64,000 bases of DNA, from contig OZ219865.1 in NCBI GenBank assembly GCA_964291675.2, forward strand, positions 1,056,001 to 1,120,000, in the 5' to 3' direction. Below, one piece after another: positions 8,440 to 16,663 of the stretch (the first letter of the stretch is position 1; every line of letters begins with the position of its first letter). A program made the translations under genes and the position numbers. The notes below the pieces were generated by a model. That model was given only the letters and a program-made list of their open reading frames with translations, had not been told where the DNA came from and ran no database searches. The stretch is from Alphaproteobacteria bacterium (GTDB taxonomy: Bacteria; Pseudomonadota; Alphaproteobacteria; MPNO01).

Positions 8440-9064
8440 ATGCGCACCTTCGTCTACGTGGGCGGCTTCAACCTCTACTACGGCGCGCTGAAAGGGACGC
8501 CGTGGAAATGGCTCGACCTGGTGACCCTTTTCACCAGGGTGCTTCAGCCTCGGCACCGGATCCAGGCGGTGAAGTATTTTACCGCGCGCGTGTCGGGGAC
8601 GCCCGCCGACCCCTCGAAACCGCAGCGCCAGGACGTCTATCTGCGCGCACTCGGGCGCTACCGGCCCGAGATCGAGGTGTATTTCGGGCATTTTCTGAGA
8701 CACAAGGTCCGCGCGCCGCTGGCGCAACCGGCGGGAAACCAGCGCACGGTCGAAGTGGTCAGGACGGAGGAGAAGGGCTCCGATGTCAATCTCGCCGTGC
8801 ATCTGCTGAACGATGGCTGGCTCGATGCCTATGACTGCGGCGTGGTGGTGAGCAACGACAGCGACATCGCGGAGGCCATGCGGCTGGTGCGCCGGCATTG
8901 CGGTAAGCGGATCGGGTTGGTGACGCCCGGGGACGGGAAGGCCGTCCCGGCAACTCATGGCGCACGCGGATTTCTCGCGGCATATCAGGGCCAACGGATT
9001 GCGGCATTCGCAGCTCCCGGACCCCATCCCGGGAACCAATTTGAGGAAGCCTGCGGGTTGGTAG
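8440..9064 (+). pseudogene. NYN/LabA/DUF88 (PIN-fold) ribonuclease, frameshifted
   Basis: YVGGFNLYYG (usual Asp is Gly), EEKGSDVNLA, SNDSD; family-type C-terminus SRQLMAHADF...SQLPDPIPGTNLRKPAGW* is in another frame after an extra G in the run 8929-8932. Confidence 0.8.
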
Positions 9065-9210
9065 CGAACTCGCCTGGATGGGTCGCGATGCAGGTCCGCT
9101 GGAACATGCAGGCCGGAGGCCGGGCGGTCAGGGCACCGGGGGCTGCCGGTTAGTCGGTGAAAGCGCCGGGAATTCGGGTTACGCTCGATCCGTCCAGCAG
9201 GGAGCCAGCC

Positions 9211-9720
9211 ATGCAGCAGATGCCGATCGCCGATTTGCAGGCCGTCGCCGACGAGCTCGCCGCCTCGGGCGAGCGGGTGCGGGTGCTGTGGCAGGAGGAG
9301 CAGTCGCTCGCCTTCGTCGCCCGCGGGCGCGAGTACCGCAGCGAGTTCCACATCGACCCGGCCGACGAGGTGATGCTGATGATCCGGGGCGACATGAAGC
9401 TCCACTACCTGACGCCGGAGGGGAAGGAGGAGGTCGCCGAGCTGGCCGAGGGGGCGACGATCTATACCCCGGCCGGGGTGCCGCATTCGCCGCGCTTCCC
9501 GCCGGATGCCTTCGTGCTGGTGATCGAGCGCAAGCGGCGCGACGGCGAGACCGACCGCTTCCAGTGGTATTGCGAGGCCTGCAAGGCGCTGCTCCACGAG
9601 GAGGCGTTCACGGTCAGCGACTACAATCTCGATCCGGTCTCGAAGGCTTATGCCAGGTTCTTCGATTCGGAGGCGGCGCGGACCTGCGCCGAGTGTGGCA
9701 CGGTGATGCCGCGCCCCTGA
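9211..9720 (+). CDS. 3-hydroxyanthranilate 3,4-dioxygenase family protein (NbaC-like, divergent)
   Basis: RSEFHIDPADE, PAGVPHSP, VIERKR, WYCEAC and CAECG rubredoxin-like Cys pairs. Confidence 0.85.
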   Translation: MQQMPIADLQAVADELAASGERVRVLWQEEQSLAFVARGREYRSEFHIDPADEVMLMIRGDMKLHYLTPEGKEEVAELAEGATIYTPAGVPHSPRFPPDAFVLVIERKRRDGETDRFQWYCEACKALLHEEAFTVSDYNLDPVSKAYARFFDSEAARTCAECGTVMPRP

Positions 9721-9743
9721 CGCGCAACCGGGAAAGGACAGCG

Positions 9744-10148
9744 ATGCCCAAGCAGATCGTCACCTCGGCGCACTCGCCGACCACCGGGTTCACCGACCGG
9801 GCCACCCCCTCGCCGCTCGCCCAGGCGGTCCGTTTCGGCAACATGCTGTTCGTCTCGGGCCAGGGCGCGCTCGACCCGGAGACCCGCGAGGTCGTCTCCG
9901 ACGACATCGCCGAGCAGACGCGTCAGACGCTGACCAATCTGCGGAACGTGCTGGCGGCGGCGGGGGCGGATTTCACCAACGTCGTCAACATGCGCGTCTG
10001 CCTGCGCGACGTGGCCGATTTCCAGGCCTTCAACCGGGCCTTTACCGAGTTCATGCAGGGCGAGAAGGTCTCCCGCACCTGCATCGGCGGGACGCCCCAC
10101 CGCCAGGGCGTCAATGTCGAGATCGACTGCGTCGCGATGTTCGACTGA
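9744..10148 (+). CDS. RidA family deaminase (possibly 2-aminomuconate deaminase-like)
   Basis: LFVSGQG, EQTRQTLTNL, FNRAF, SRTCI, VEIDCVA; follows the 3-HAO-like gene. Confidence 0.85.
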   Translation: MPKQIVTSAHSPTTGFTDRATPSPLAQAVRFGNMLFVSGQGALDPETREVVSDDIAEQTRQTLTNLRNVLAAAGADFTNVVNMRVCLRDVADFQAFNRAFTEFMQGEKVSRTCIGGTPHRQGVNVEIDCVAMFD

Positions 10149-10155
10149 CGGGCGC

Positions 10156-10265
10156 CCTTCGATACGCCCCGGATCAGGTCCGGGGCTACTCAGGGTGAGG
10201 GATCGTTGTGGATGGCAAACCAGAACCCTCATCCTGAGTAGCCCCCGAAGGGGGCGTATCGAAGG
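10156..10265. repeat. REP doublet of a second family between convergent genes
   Basis: Inverted arms ccttcgatacgcccc...ggggctactcagggtgaggg (10156-10201) and ccctcatcctgagtagcccc...ggggcgtatcgaagg (10226-10265). Confidence 0.85.
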
Positions 10266-10270
10266 ACAGC

Positions 10271-10699
10271 CTAGCCGTCGAAGCGCCGGGTGCCGGGGAG
10301 CGCGGCGAGGCCGGCATTGGCGACCTCGAGGTCCTCGTGGCCGGCGCCCGAGCCGACGCCGATGCCGCCCACCAGGTGGCCGTCGACGACGATCGGGAGC
10401 CCGCCCGGCAGGTTGACCCGCTTGCCCTGGGTGGCGATGGCGAGCTTGAGGTCGACGCCTTCGGCGATATGCCCGGTGGGCTCGCCGTAGGAGGCCGCCG
10501 TCATCGCCTTCATCAGCGAGGAGTCGATCGACAGCACGAACGCCCCGTCCATGCGCGCGAAGGCGAGCAGGTGGCCGCCGGCGTCGACGATGGAGATGCA
10601 TTGCGGCACCCCCATCTCGTCCGCCTTGGCCATCGCCGCGTTGAGGATCGTCATCGCCCCCTCGTTGGTGAGCCGGAGGGCCGGCGCGGTTTCAGCCAT
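10271..10699 (-). CDS. GlcG/HbpS family heme-binding protein
   Basis: SIVDAGGHLLAFARMDGA, KAMTA, GGLPI, GGIGVGSG. Confidence 0.9.
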   Translation of the reverse strand: MAETAPALRLTNEGAMTILNAAMAKADEMGVPQCISIVDAGGHLLAFARMDGAFVLSIDSSLMKAMTAASYGEPTGHIAEGVDLKLAIATQGKRVNLPGGLPIVVDGHLVGGIGVGSGAGHEDLEVANAGLAALPGTRRFDG

Positions 10700-10809
10700 G
10701 CGAATTTCCCCAAAAATGCGTTTCCGTCCGGGCGGGAGGGTAGCACAGCCGGCTTGCCGCGGGGCACCGGGCCGATAGACTGGCGCGGCGACGGACGGGA
10801 GACGGCGGC

Positions 10810-11493
10810 ATGGCGCGCGATTTCGAGGATCACTGCTGGAAGGACATCGTTCCGCCGGAGGTGCTCAGGGTCTACGAATGCTATCGCCGCGAGCTCCGCA
10901 TCGGCACGCGGCCGGCACTGCTGGCGGTCGACCTCTACGACCTGGTCTATCGCGGCGGGCCGCACCCGCCGCACGAGCTGCTGGAATACCCCAACACCTG
11001 CGGGATGTACGCGTGGGCGGCGATCGAGCCGACCAGGGCGCTGTTCGCCGCCTGCCGGGCGGCCGGCCTGCCGGTGCTCTACGTGACCGGCTCGACGCGC
11101 AAGTCGCGGGTGCAGTCGACCAAGCGCCGGAGGCGCGACCGCATCGGCCCCGACGCCTACGAGATCTTCGAGGCGTTCACGCCGGAGGACGGCGATGCGG
11201 TGTTCCGCAAGGAGCGCGCGAGCGCCTTCGCCGGCACGCCGCTGGCCGCCCATCTCAACGAGCTCGACGCGAACAGCCTCATCGTCTGCGGCGAGAGCAC
11301 GTCGGGCTGCGTCCGCGCCTCGGTGGTCGATGCCTACTCGGCCGGGTTCCACGTCACCGTCGTCGAGGAATGCGTGTTCGACCGGAGCGAGCTGTCGCAC
11401 AAGGTCAACCTGTTCGACATGCACCACAAATACGCCGATGTGATGGTTCTCGAAGAGGTGCTCGACCACCTCGACCTGCGGCGCGCCGCCTGA
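10810..11493 (+). CDS. Isochorismatase-family cysteine hydrolase
   Basis: ALLAVD, KERASAFAGT, GESTSGCVRASVVDA (D-K-C triad). Confidence 0.9.
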   Translation: MARDFEDHCWKDIVPPEVLRVYECYRRELRIGTRPALLAVDLYDLVYRGGPHPPHELLEYPNTCGMYAWAAIEPTRALFAACRAAGLPVLYVTGSTRKSRVQSTKRRRRDRIGPDAYEIFEAFTPEDGDAVFRKERASAFAGTPLAAHLNELDANSLIVCGESTSGCVRASVVDAYSAGFHVTVVEECVFDRSELSHKVNLFDMHHKYADVMVLEEVLDHLDLRRAA

Positions 11494-11546
11494 TCCCTCG
11501 ATGTAGTGCCCGCCGCGCCTACTCCGAACGAGGACATGTTGCGAAC

Positions 11547-11777
11547 ATGGCAACGACGATCCGGATCCGAAACGTTCCCGACGAGCTGCACCGCGAGCTC
11601 AAGGCGCGCGCGGCGCTGGCCGGCCTGTCGCTGTCCGACTTCCTGCTCGCCGAAATCCGCGAGGTCGCGGCGCGCCCGACCGTCGACGAACTCCGCCAAC
11701 GCATCGCGCGCCGCGGGGTCGTCGCGCCCTCCGTGCCGCCCGCCGAGGCAGTCCGGCAAGAACGCGAAACCCGGTGA
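11547..11777 (+). CDS. Ribbon-helix-helix antitoxin (FitA/VapB-like)
   Basis: MATTIRIRNVPDELHRELKARAALAGLSLSDFLL. Confidence 0.85.
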   Translation: MATTIRIRNVPDELHRELKARAALAGLSLSDFLLAEIREVAARPTVDELRQRIARRGVVAPSVPPAEAVRQERETR

Positions 11778-11862
11778 TCGTCGTCGACACCTCCGCCCTT
11801 GTCGAACTGCTCCTGCCCACTGAGGGTGGGCGGTGCCCAAGACCGTCTCCTCGTCCCGAGTA
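11774..11862 (+). pseudogene. VapC/PIN toxin remnant
   Basis: GTGA overlap with antitoxin stop; reads VIVVDTSALVELLLPT then TGA at 11821-11823; rest of the domain absent. Confidence 0.8.
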
Positions 11863-11866
11863 GGCG

Positions 11867-12712
11867 CTACGGCGTATTGATCGCCCGCGCCACGTCGCCC
11901 ACCGCCTCGATGCCGCCGTCCACGCCGAAGAAGCAGACGATCCGGCACGGGCAGGCCTCCAGCCCCTCGTAGCGCCACGGGAAGGCGCCGATCACGCAGC
12001 GCTGGTTGAGCACCCGCTCGATGTCGCCGCCGACATTCTCGGCGTGGATCAGCCCCTCCTGGAAGGCGTAGGAATGGAACGGGAAGATGTCCGCCTTCAC
12101 CTTCCGTCCGGACAGGCTGTGGGTGTACTCGTACTCGCCGAAGAACTCGCGGCAGCTCATGCCGACCCGGTTCTCGAACTCCTCGGTGAGGTCGGGGCGC
12201 ATGTAGCGGATCGAGGTGTTCATCGCGTGGTCGCCCGACCCGCAGTCGATGCCGAACCACTTGATCTTCTTGTCCAGCATCCATTGCAGCAGGGCGAAAT
12301 TGCCGCCCGGATGCAGGCAGAAATAGCGCACCAGGTCCTGCTGCGGCCGGCCCTCGTAGTATCGGTGATAGCCGGTGTGGACGATCAGGATGTCGCCCTC
12401 TTTGATCTCGACATCGGCGCTCTCCATCATCTCGGGCGTGATGACGGCCCAGTCCTCCATGTGCTCGGAGACGTCGACCACGCAGCCCGGGCTGACCAGG
12501 TAGTCGAGCGGATAGGAGGCCATGTCGCCCTTGGCGTCGGTGGCGTGCATGGCGCCGTCGAGATGGGTGCCGACATGCAGCGCGGTGTCGATCCGCTGGG
12601 CGACGATCGCCTTGGTCTGCAGGTTCTGGGCGTAGTACATATTGTTGCCGGCATAGCCGACCCAGCCCGGCGTGTGCAGGTTCATCATGTGCGACAGGTC
12701 GACCATCCTCAT
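11867..12712 (-). CDS. Cyclase family metal-dependent hydrolase (kynurenine formamidase-like)
   Basis: VDLSH, HVGTHLDGAMH, GDILIVHTG, GID, HAEN. Confidence 0.9.
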   Translation of the reverse strand: MRMVDLSHMMNLHTPGWVGYAGNNMYYAQNLQTKAIVAQRIDTALHVGTHLDGAMHATDAKGDMASYPLDYLVSPGCVVDVSEHMEDWAVITPEMMESADVEIKEGDILIVHTGYHRYYEGRPQQDLVRYFCLHPGGNFALLQWMLDKKIKWFGIDCGSGDHAMNTSIRYMRPDLTEEFENRVGMSCREFFGEYEYTHSLSGRKVKADIFPFHSYAFQEGLIHAENVGGDIERVLNQRCVIGAFPWRYEGLEACPCRIVCFFGVDGGIEAVGDVARAINTP

Positions 12713-12815
12713 GGCTTGCCTCCTCGGCCTCGATTGGCGCGGCTGACCGCGGCTTGCTATCGTCGGCCCGCATGAGACAGCGTTTGCACATGCCCGCGCA
12801 AGCCGCCGGCGCCCC

Positions 12816-15089
12816 GTGAGCCGGATCGGCGAGAGCGTAACCCGTCTGGAGGACGGGCCGCTGCTGACCGGGAGCGGACGCTTCGCGGACGACTACAATT
12901 TTCCGGGCCAGCTCCACATGCGGGTGGTGCGCGCGCCGGCCGCGCATGGCCGGATCGCGGCGATCCGCACCGAACAGGCTCTGGCGATGGCGGGCGTCGT
13001 CGCCGTCTGGACCGGCGCGGACGTAGCCGACATCCCGCCCATCGACTTCCGCCTCTCCCGGGTGGCGGGGCTCGAACCCTACCGGCAGCCGGTGCTGGCG
13101 CAGGGGATCGTGCGCTATGTCGGCGAGCCGGTCGCGCTGGTCTTCGCCGAGCAACGCTACATCGCCGAGGACGCCGCGGAGGCGGTGCTGGTGGAGGTCG
13201 ATTCGGAGCCGCCCTATCTCGACTGCACCGCGGCCCCGCCGCCATTCCTTCCCGGGCTCGACTGCGAGGCGGCGCTGGTGGAGAAGTACTATGGCGACCT
13301 CGACGCCGCCTTCGCCGCCGCCGACCACATACTGGAGCTCGAATTCGCCGTCGGCCGGCATAGCGGGGTGCCGATCGAGACGCGCGGCGCGCTCGCCCTC
13401 TACAACGCCGAACGGCGGCGGACCGAGCTCTACGGCGCGGCCAAGGTGCCGCATTACAACCGCAACGCCATCGCCGCCATGCTGGGGCTCGGGCGCACCG
13501 AGCTGGAGCTCTTCGAGGGCCATGTCGGCGGCGGGTTCGGCATGCGCGGCGAGCTCTACCCGGAGGACGTGCTGGTCTGCATCGCCGCGACCCGGCTCGC
13601 ACGCCCCGTCAAGTGGATCGAGGACCGGCGCGAGAACCTGCTCGCGCTCAACCACTCGCGCGACCAGGTGCACCGCGTCCGCGCCGCCGTCGACGAGCGC
13701 GGCTTCGTGCTCGGGCTCGACGACGAGATATTTTCCGACCAGGGCGCCTATGTGCGGAGCCACGGCGTGACGGTGGTCGACCTCGCCACGGCGATGCTGC
13801 CGGGCCCCTATCTGGTCCCGGCCTACCGCGCCCGCGCGCATGTCCGGCTGACCAACAAGACGCCGGCCGGCACCTACCGCGCGCCGGGGCGCTACGAATC
13901 GACCTTCGCGCGCGAGCGTCTGCTCGACGCGGTGGCCGAGCGGGTGGGCATCGACCGCATCGAGGTCAGGCGGCGCAACCTGATCCCGGCCGACCGGATG
14001 CCCTATTCGCGCTACTTCCAGGCGATGGAGACCCCGGTGCTGCTCGATTCGGGGGTTTACGAGGACCTGCTGGACCGGCTGCTGGAGGGCGTCGACTACC
14101 CGGCGCTCCAGGCGGAGATCGCCCGGCGCCGCGAGGCCGGGGCGTGCGTCGGTCTCGGGCTCGGCTATTTCGTGGAGAAGAGCGGGCTCGGCCCGTTCGA
14201 CGACGTGCGGGTCGAGATCGCGGCCGACGGCGGCATCGAGGTGATCACCGGCGTCGCCTCGGTCGGCCAGGGGGTGGAGACGGCGGTGGCGCAGATCTGC
14301 GCCGGGGCGCTGGGGACGGACTACCGCAGCATCGCCGTCACCCACGGCCAGACCGACCGGATCGAGCGCGGCATGGGCGCCTTCGCCTCGCGGGTGACGG
14401 TGATGACCGGCATGGCGACCCATCTCGCGGCGACCCGCCTGAAGGATGCGCTGCGCCCGGTCGCCGCCCGCCTGCTCCAGTCGGGCGAGCACGGGATCGC
14501 CTTCGCCGAAGGCATGGTGCGCGCCGGCGGCGACGGCCCCTCGGCGCCGCTCGGCGCGGTGGCGGCGGCGCTCGCCGAGGAGCAGGGGAACGCGCGCGCC
14601 ACCGCCGAGGCGACCTTCGAGGTCGAGCACATGACCTACCCCTACGGCATCCACCTGGTCGTGCTCGCCATCGACCGCGAGACCTGCGGCATCGAGATCG
14701 AACGCTTCGCGGTCGCTTTCGACATCGGCCGCGCGGTCAACCCGATGCTGGTCGAGGGGCAGATCCACGGCGGCGCGGCGCAGGGGCTCGGCGGGGCGCT
14801 CTACGAGGAGTTCCTCTACGACGAATCGGGCCAGCCGCTGTCGGCGAGCTTCGTCGACTACCTGATCCCGGGCTCGGAGGAGATCCCGCGCATCGATTCG
14901 CTGGTCCGCGAGGACGCGCCGTCGGGCACCAACCCGCTCGGCCTCAAGGGGGCGGGCGAGGCCGGCATCAACGGCGCCGGCGCGGCGGTGGCGGCGGCGA
15001 TCGACGATGCCATCGGGCGCCCCGGCGCGATCGACCGCCTGCCGGTGACGCCGGCGCGGCTCTACGCATTGCTCAACGAGGAGGCTTGA
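12816..15089 (+). CDS. Xanthine dehydrogenase family molybdopterin-binding large subunit
   Basis: RLEDGPLLTGSGRF, VGGGFG, TYRAPGRYE, GQG, GLKGAGE. Confidence 0.92.
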   Translation: MSRIGESVTRLEDGPLLTGSGRFADDYNFPGQLHMRVVRAPAAHGRIAAIRTEQALAMAGVVAVWTGADVADIPPIDFRLSRVAGLEPYRQPVLAQGIVRYVGEPVALVFAEQRYIAEDAAEAVLVEVDSEPPYLDCTAAPPPFLPGLDCEAALVEKYYGDLDAAFAAADHILELEFAVGRHSGVPIETRGALALYNAERRRTELYGAAKVPHYNRNAIAAMLGLGRTELELFEGHVGGGFGMRGELYPEDVLVCIAATRLARPVKWIEDRRENLLALNHSRDQVHRVRAAVDERGFVLGLDDEIFSDQGAYVRSHGVTVVDLATAMLPGPYLVPAYRARAHVRLTNKTPAGTYRAPGRYESTFARERLLDAVAERVGIDRIEVRRRNLIPADRMPYSRYFQAMETPVLLDSGVYEDLLDRLLEGVDYPALQAEIARRREAGACVGLGLGYFVEKSGLGPFDDVRVEIAADGGIEVITGVASVGQGVETAVAQICAGALGTDYRSIAVTHGQTDRIERGMGAFASRVTVMTGMATHLAATRLKDALRPVAARLLQSGEHGIAFAEGMVRAGGDGPSAPLGAVAAALAEEQGNARATAEATFEVEHMTYPYGIHLVVLAIDRETCGIEIERFAVAFDIGRAVNPMLVEGQIHGGAAQGLGGALYEEFLYDESGQPLSASFVDYLIPGSEEIPRIDSLVREDAPSGTNPLGLKGAGEAGINGAGAAVAAAIDDAIGRPGAIDRLPVTPARLYALLNEEA

Positions 15090-15848
15090 ATGGGACGGCT
15101 CGACGGCAAGGTCGCCTTCGTCACCGCCGCCGGCGGCGGGATCGCCGGCGCGACGGCCAGGCTCTACGGCGCCGAGGGCGCGGCGGTGGCCTGCCTCGAC
15201 ATCATGGGCGACACGGTCGGGCGGACCGCGGCGGATATCGAGGCGGCGGGCGGCAGGGCGATCGCGCTGACCTGCGACGTGACCGACCCGGACGCGGTCG
15301 CCGCCGCGCTCGCAGACACCGCCGCCGCGTTCGGGCGGATCGACACCGTGTTCGACGCCGCCGCCTATTCCGAGCCCAAGCACACCGTCGCCGACATGCC
15401 GGTGGAGACCTGGAAGGCGGTGATCGAGGTCAACCTCACCGGCATGTTCATCGTCGCCAAGCTCGCCATCCCGCATCTCAGGGCGGCGGGCGGCGGCACC
15501 GTCGTGCTGGTGTCGTCGATCTACGGCCATATCGGCGCCAGCGAGCGCCCGGCCTATTGCGCCTCCAAGGGCGGGGTCAGGATGCTCGCCAAGGCGATCG
15601 CCATCGACCACGCCGACGACAACATCCGCGCCAACGCGATCCTGCCCGGCCCCATCGAGACCCCGCGGCTGTTGCAGCGCAACGCCTCGATGGACGGCGT
15701 GCGCGAACGCCACGGCGCGCGCCTGTTGCAGCACCGCCTCGGCCAGCCGGACGAGGTGGCGAAGGCCGCGCTCTACCTCGCGAGCGACGAATCCACCTTC
15801 ACATCGGGCGCCGACTTCTTCGTCGACGCGGGCTACACGGCGATCTAG
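15090..15848 (+). CDS. Short-chain dehydrogenase/reductase
   Basis: TAAGGGIA, VNLTG, SS, YCASK, NAILPG. Confidence 0.92.
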   Translation: MGRLDGKVAFVTAAGGGIAGATARLYGAEGAAVACLDIMGDTVGRTAADIEAAGGRAIALTCDVTDPDAVAAALADTAAAFGRIDTVFDAAAYSEPKHTVADMPVETWKAVIEVNLTGMFIVAKLAIPHLRAAGGGTVVLVSSIYGHIGASERPAYCASKGGVRMLAKAIAIDHADDNIRANAILPGPIETPRLLQRNASMDGVRERHGARLLQHRLGQPDEVAKAALYLASDESTFTSGADFFVDAGYTAI

Positions 15849-15862
15849 GGGACGGTTTGGAC

Positions 15863-16651
15863 ATGAACGATCATCTGAGGGACCTGATCGAGGCGAGCGC
15901 GCCGCTCTGGGCCGGCGAGGCCGAGGTGGTGCGGACCTATTTCGACTCGCCCGCGCGCAGCGCCGAGACCGACCGCGTCTGGCTCAAGCGGCAGTGCTTC
16001 AAGGAGTTTTACGGCTCGGGATACGGCGAGCCGGAGCACGGCATGCTGGTCGAATGGGGCCGCGAGATCATCGCGCTGCGCCCGGAGCTCGATAACGGGC
16101 TCGACCGCCACGAGCTGCTGGAGCTGGTCGAGGCGCATTACGCCGAGTACCACCATTACTGCCTGTTCGCCGACATATACGACGAGCTCGGCCCGCCCGG
16201 CGCGCCGCCGCTCGCCCCGCTGATGTGCGAGAACTGGGCCGAGGGAAAGGCGCTCGACGACTTCCGCCACGCGATGCGCAAGACCCATGGCGCGTTCGGC
16301 CAGGCGGCGATGGATTTCACCGAGGGCGGCTACTGCACGCTCTATTCGGAGGGCGCCAAGCTCGCCGGGCGCGGCGGGGTCGACGACCGGATCGCGGCGG
16401 CATGCCAGCGGGTCTATGACGACGAGGTCGACCACATGCTGAGGGGCGTGGTCGGGCTCGGCGACCTCGCGCCGGAGACCGCCGACTGGGAGCTCGCCGG
16501 CGAGCTGGTCGCCGGCCAGCTGCGCCGCCGCATCCACATGCGCAACGGCCAGTTCGGCCACCCGGTCTCCGAGCGCCGCATCGAGGAGATCTTTGCCGGC
16601 GACATCGAGCCGATCGCCTTCGACTATTCCCTCGCCGACAGGGCGGCCTGA
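15863..16651 (+). CDS. Putative ferritin-like di-iron protein of unknown function
   Basis: Helical ORF with KE, EYHH, TEGG and DEVDH spaced like di-iron ligands; last gene of the XDH-SDR run. Confidence 0.6.
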   Translation: MNDHLRDLIEASAPLWAGEAEVVRTYFDSPARSAETDRVWLKRQCFKEFYGSGYGEPEHGMLVEWGREIIALRPELDNGLDRHELLELVEAHYAEYHHYCLFADIYDELGPPGAPPLAPLMCENWAEGKALDDFRHAMRKTHGAFGQAAMDFTEGGYCTLYSEGAKLAGRGGVDDRIAAACQRVYDDEVDHMLRGVVGLGDLAPETADWELAGELVAGQLRRRIHMRNGQFGHPVSERRIEEIFAGDIEPIAFDYSLADRAA

Positions 16652-16663
16652 GGCCCGTCCCCC

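Noticed and set aside
11821-11823. TGA in the VapC remnant as selenocysteine
   Set aside because: Not at a Cys position, and no PIN domain continues in frame.
11334-15734. 1466-aa minus-strand ORF and similar long ORFs (4197-6995, 16745-18487, 22308-24623, 31141-33570, 35739-38435)
   Set aside because: Antisense or off-frame shadows of well-supported genes; Arg/Gly/Ala-rich with no motifs, as expected in high-GC DNA.
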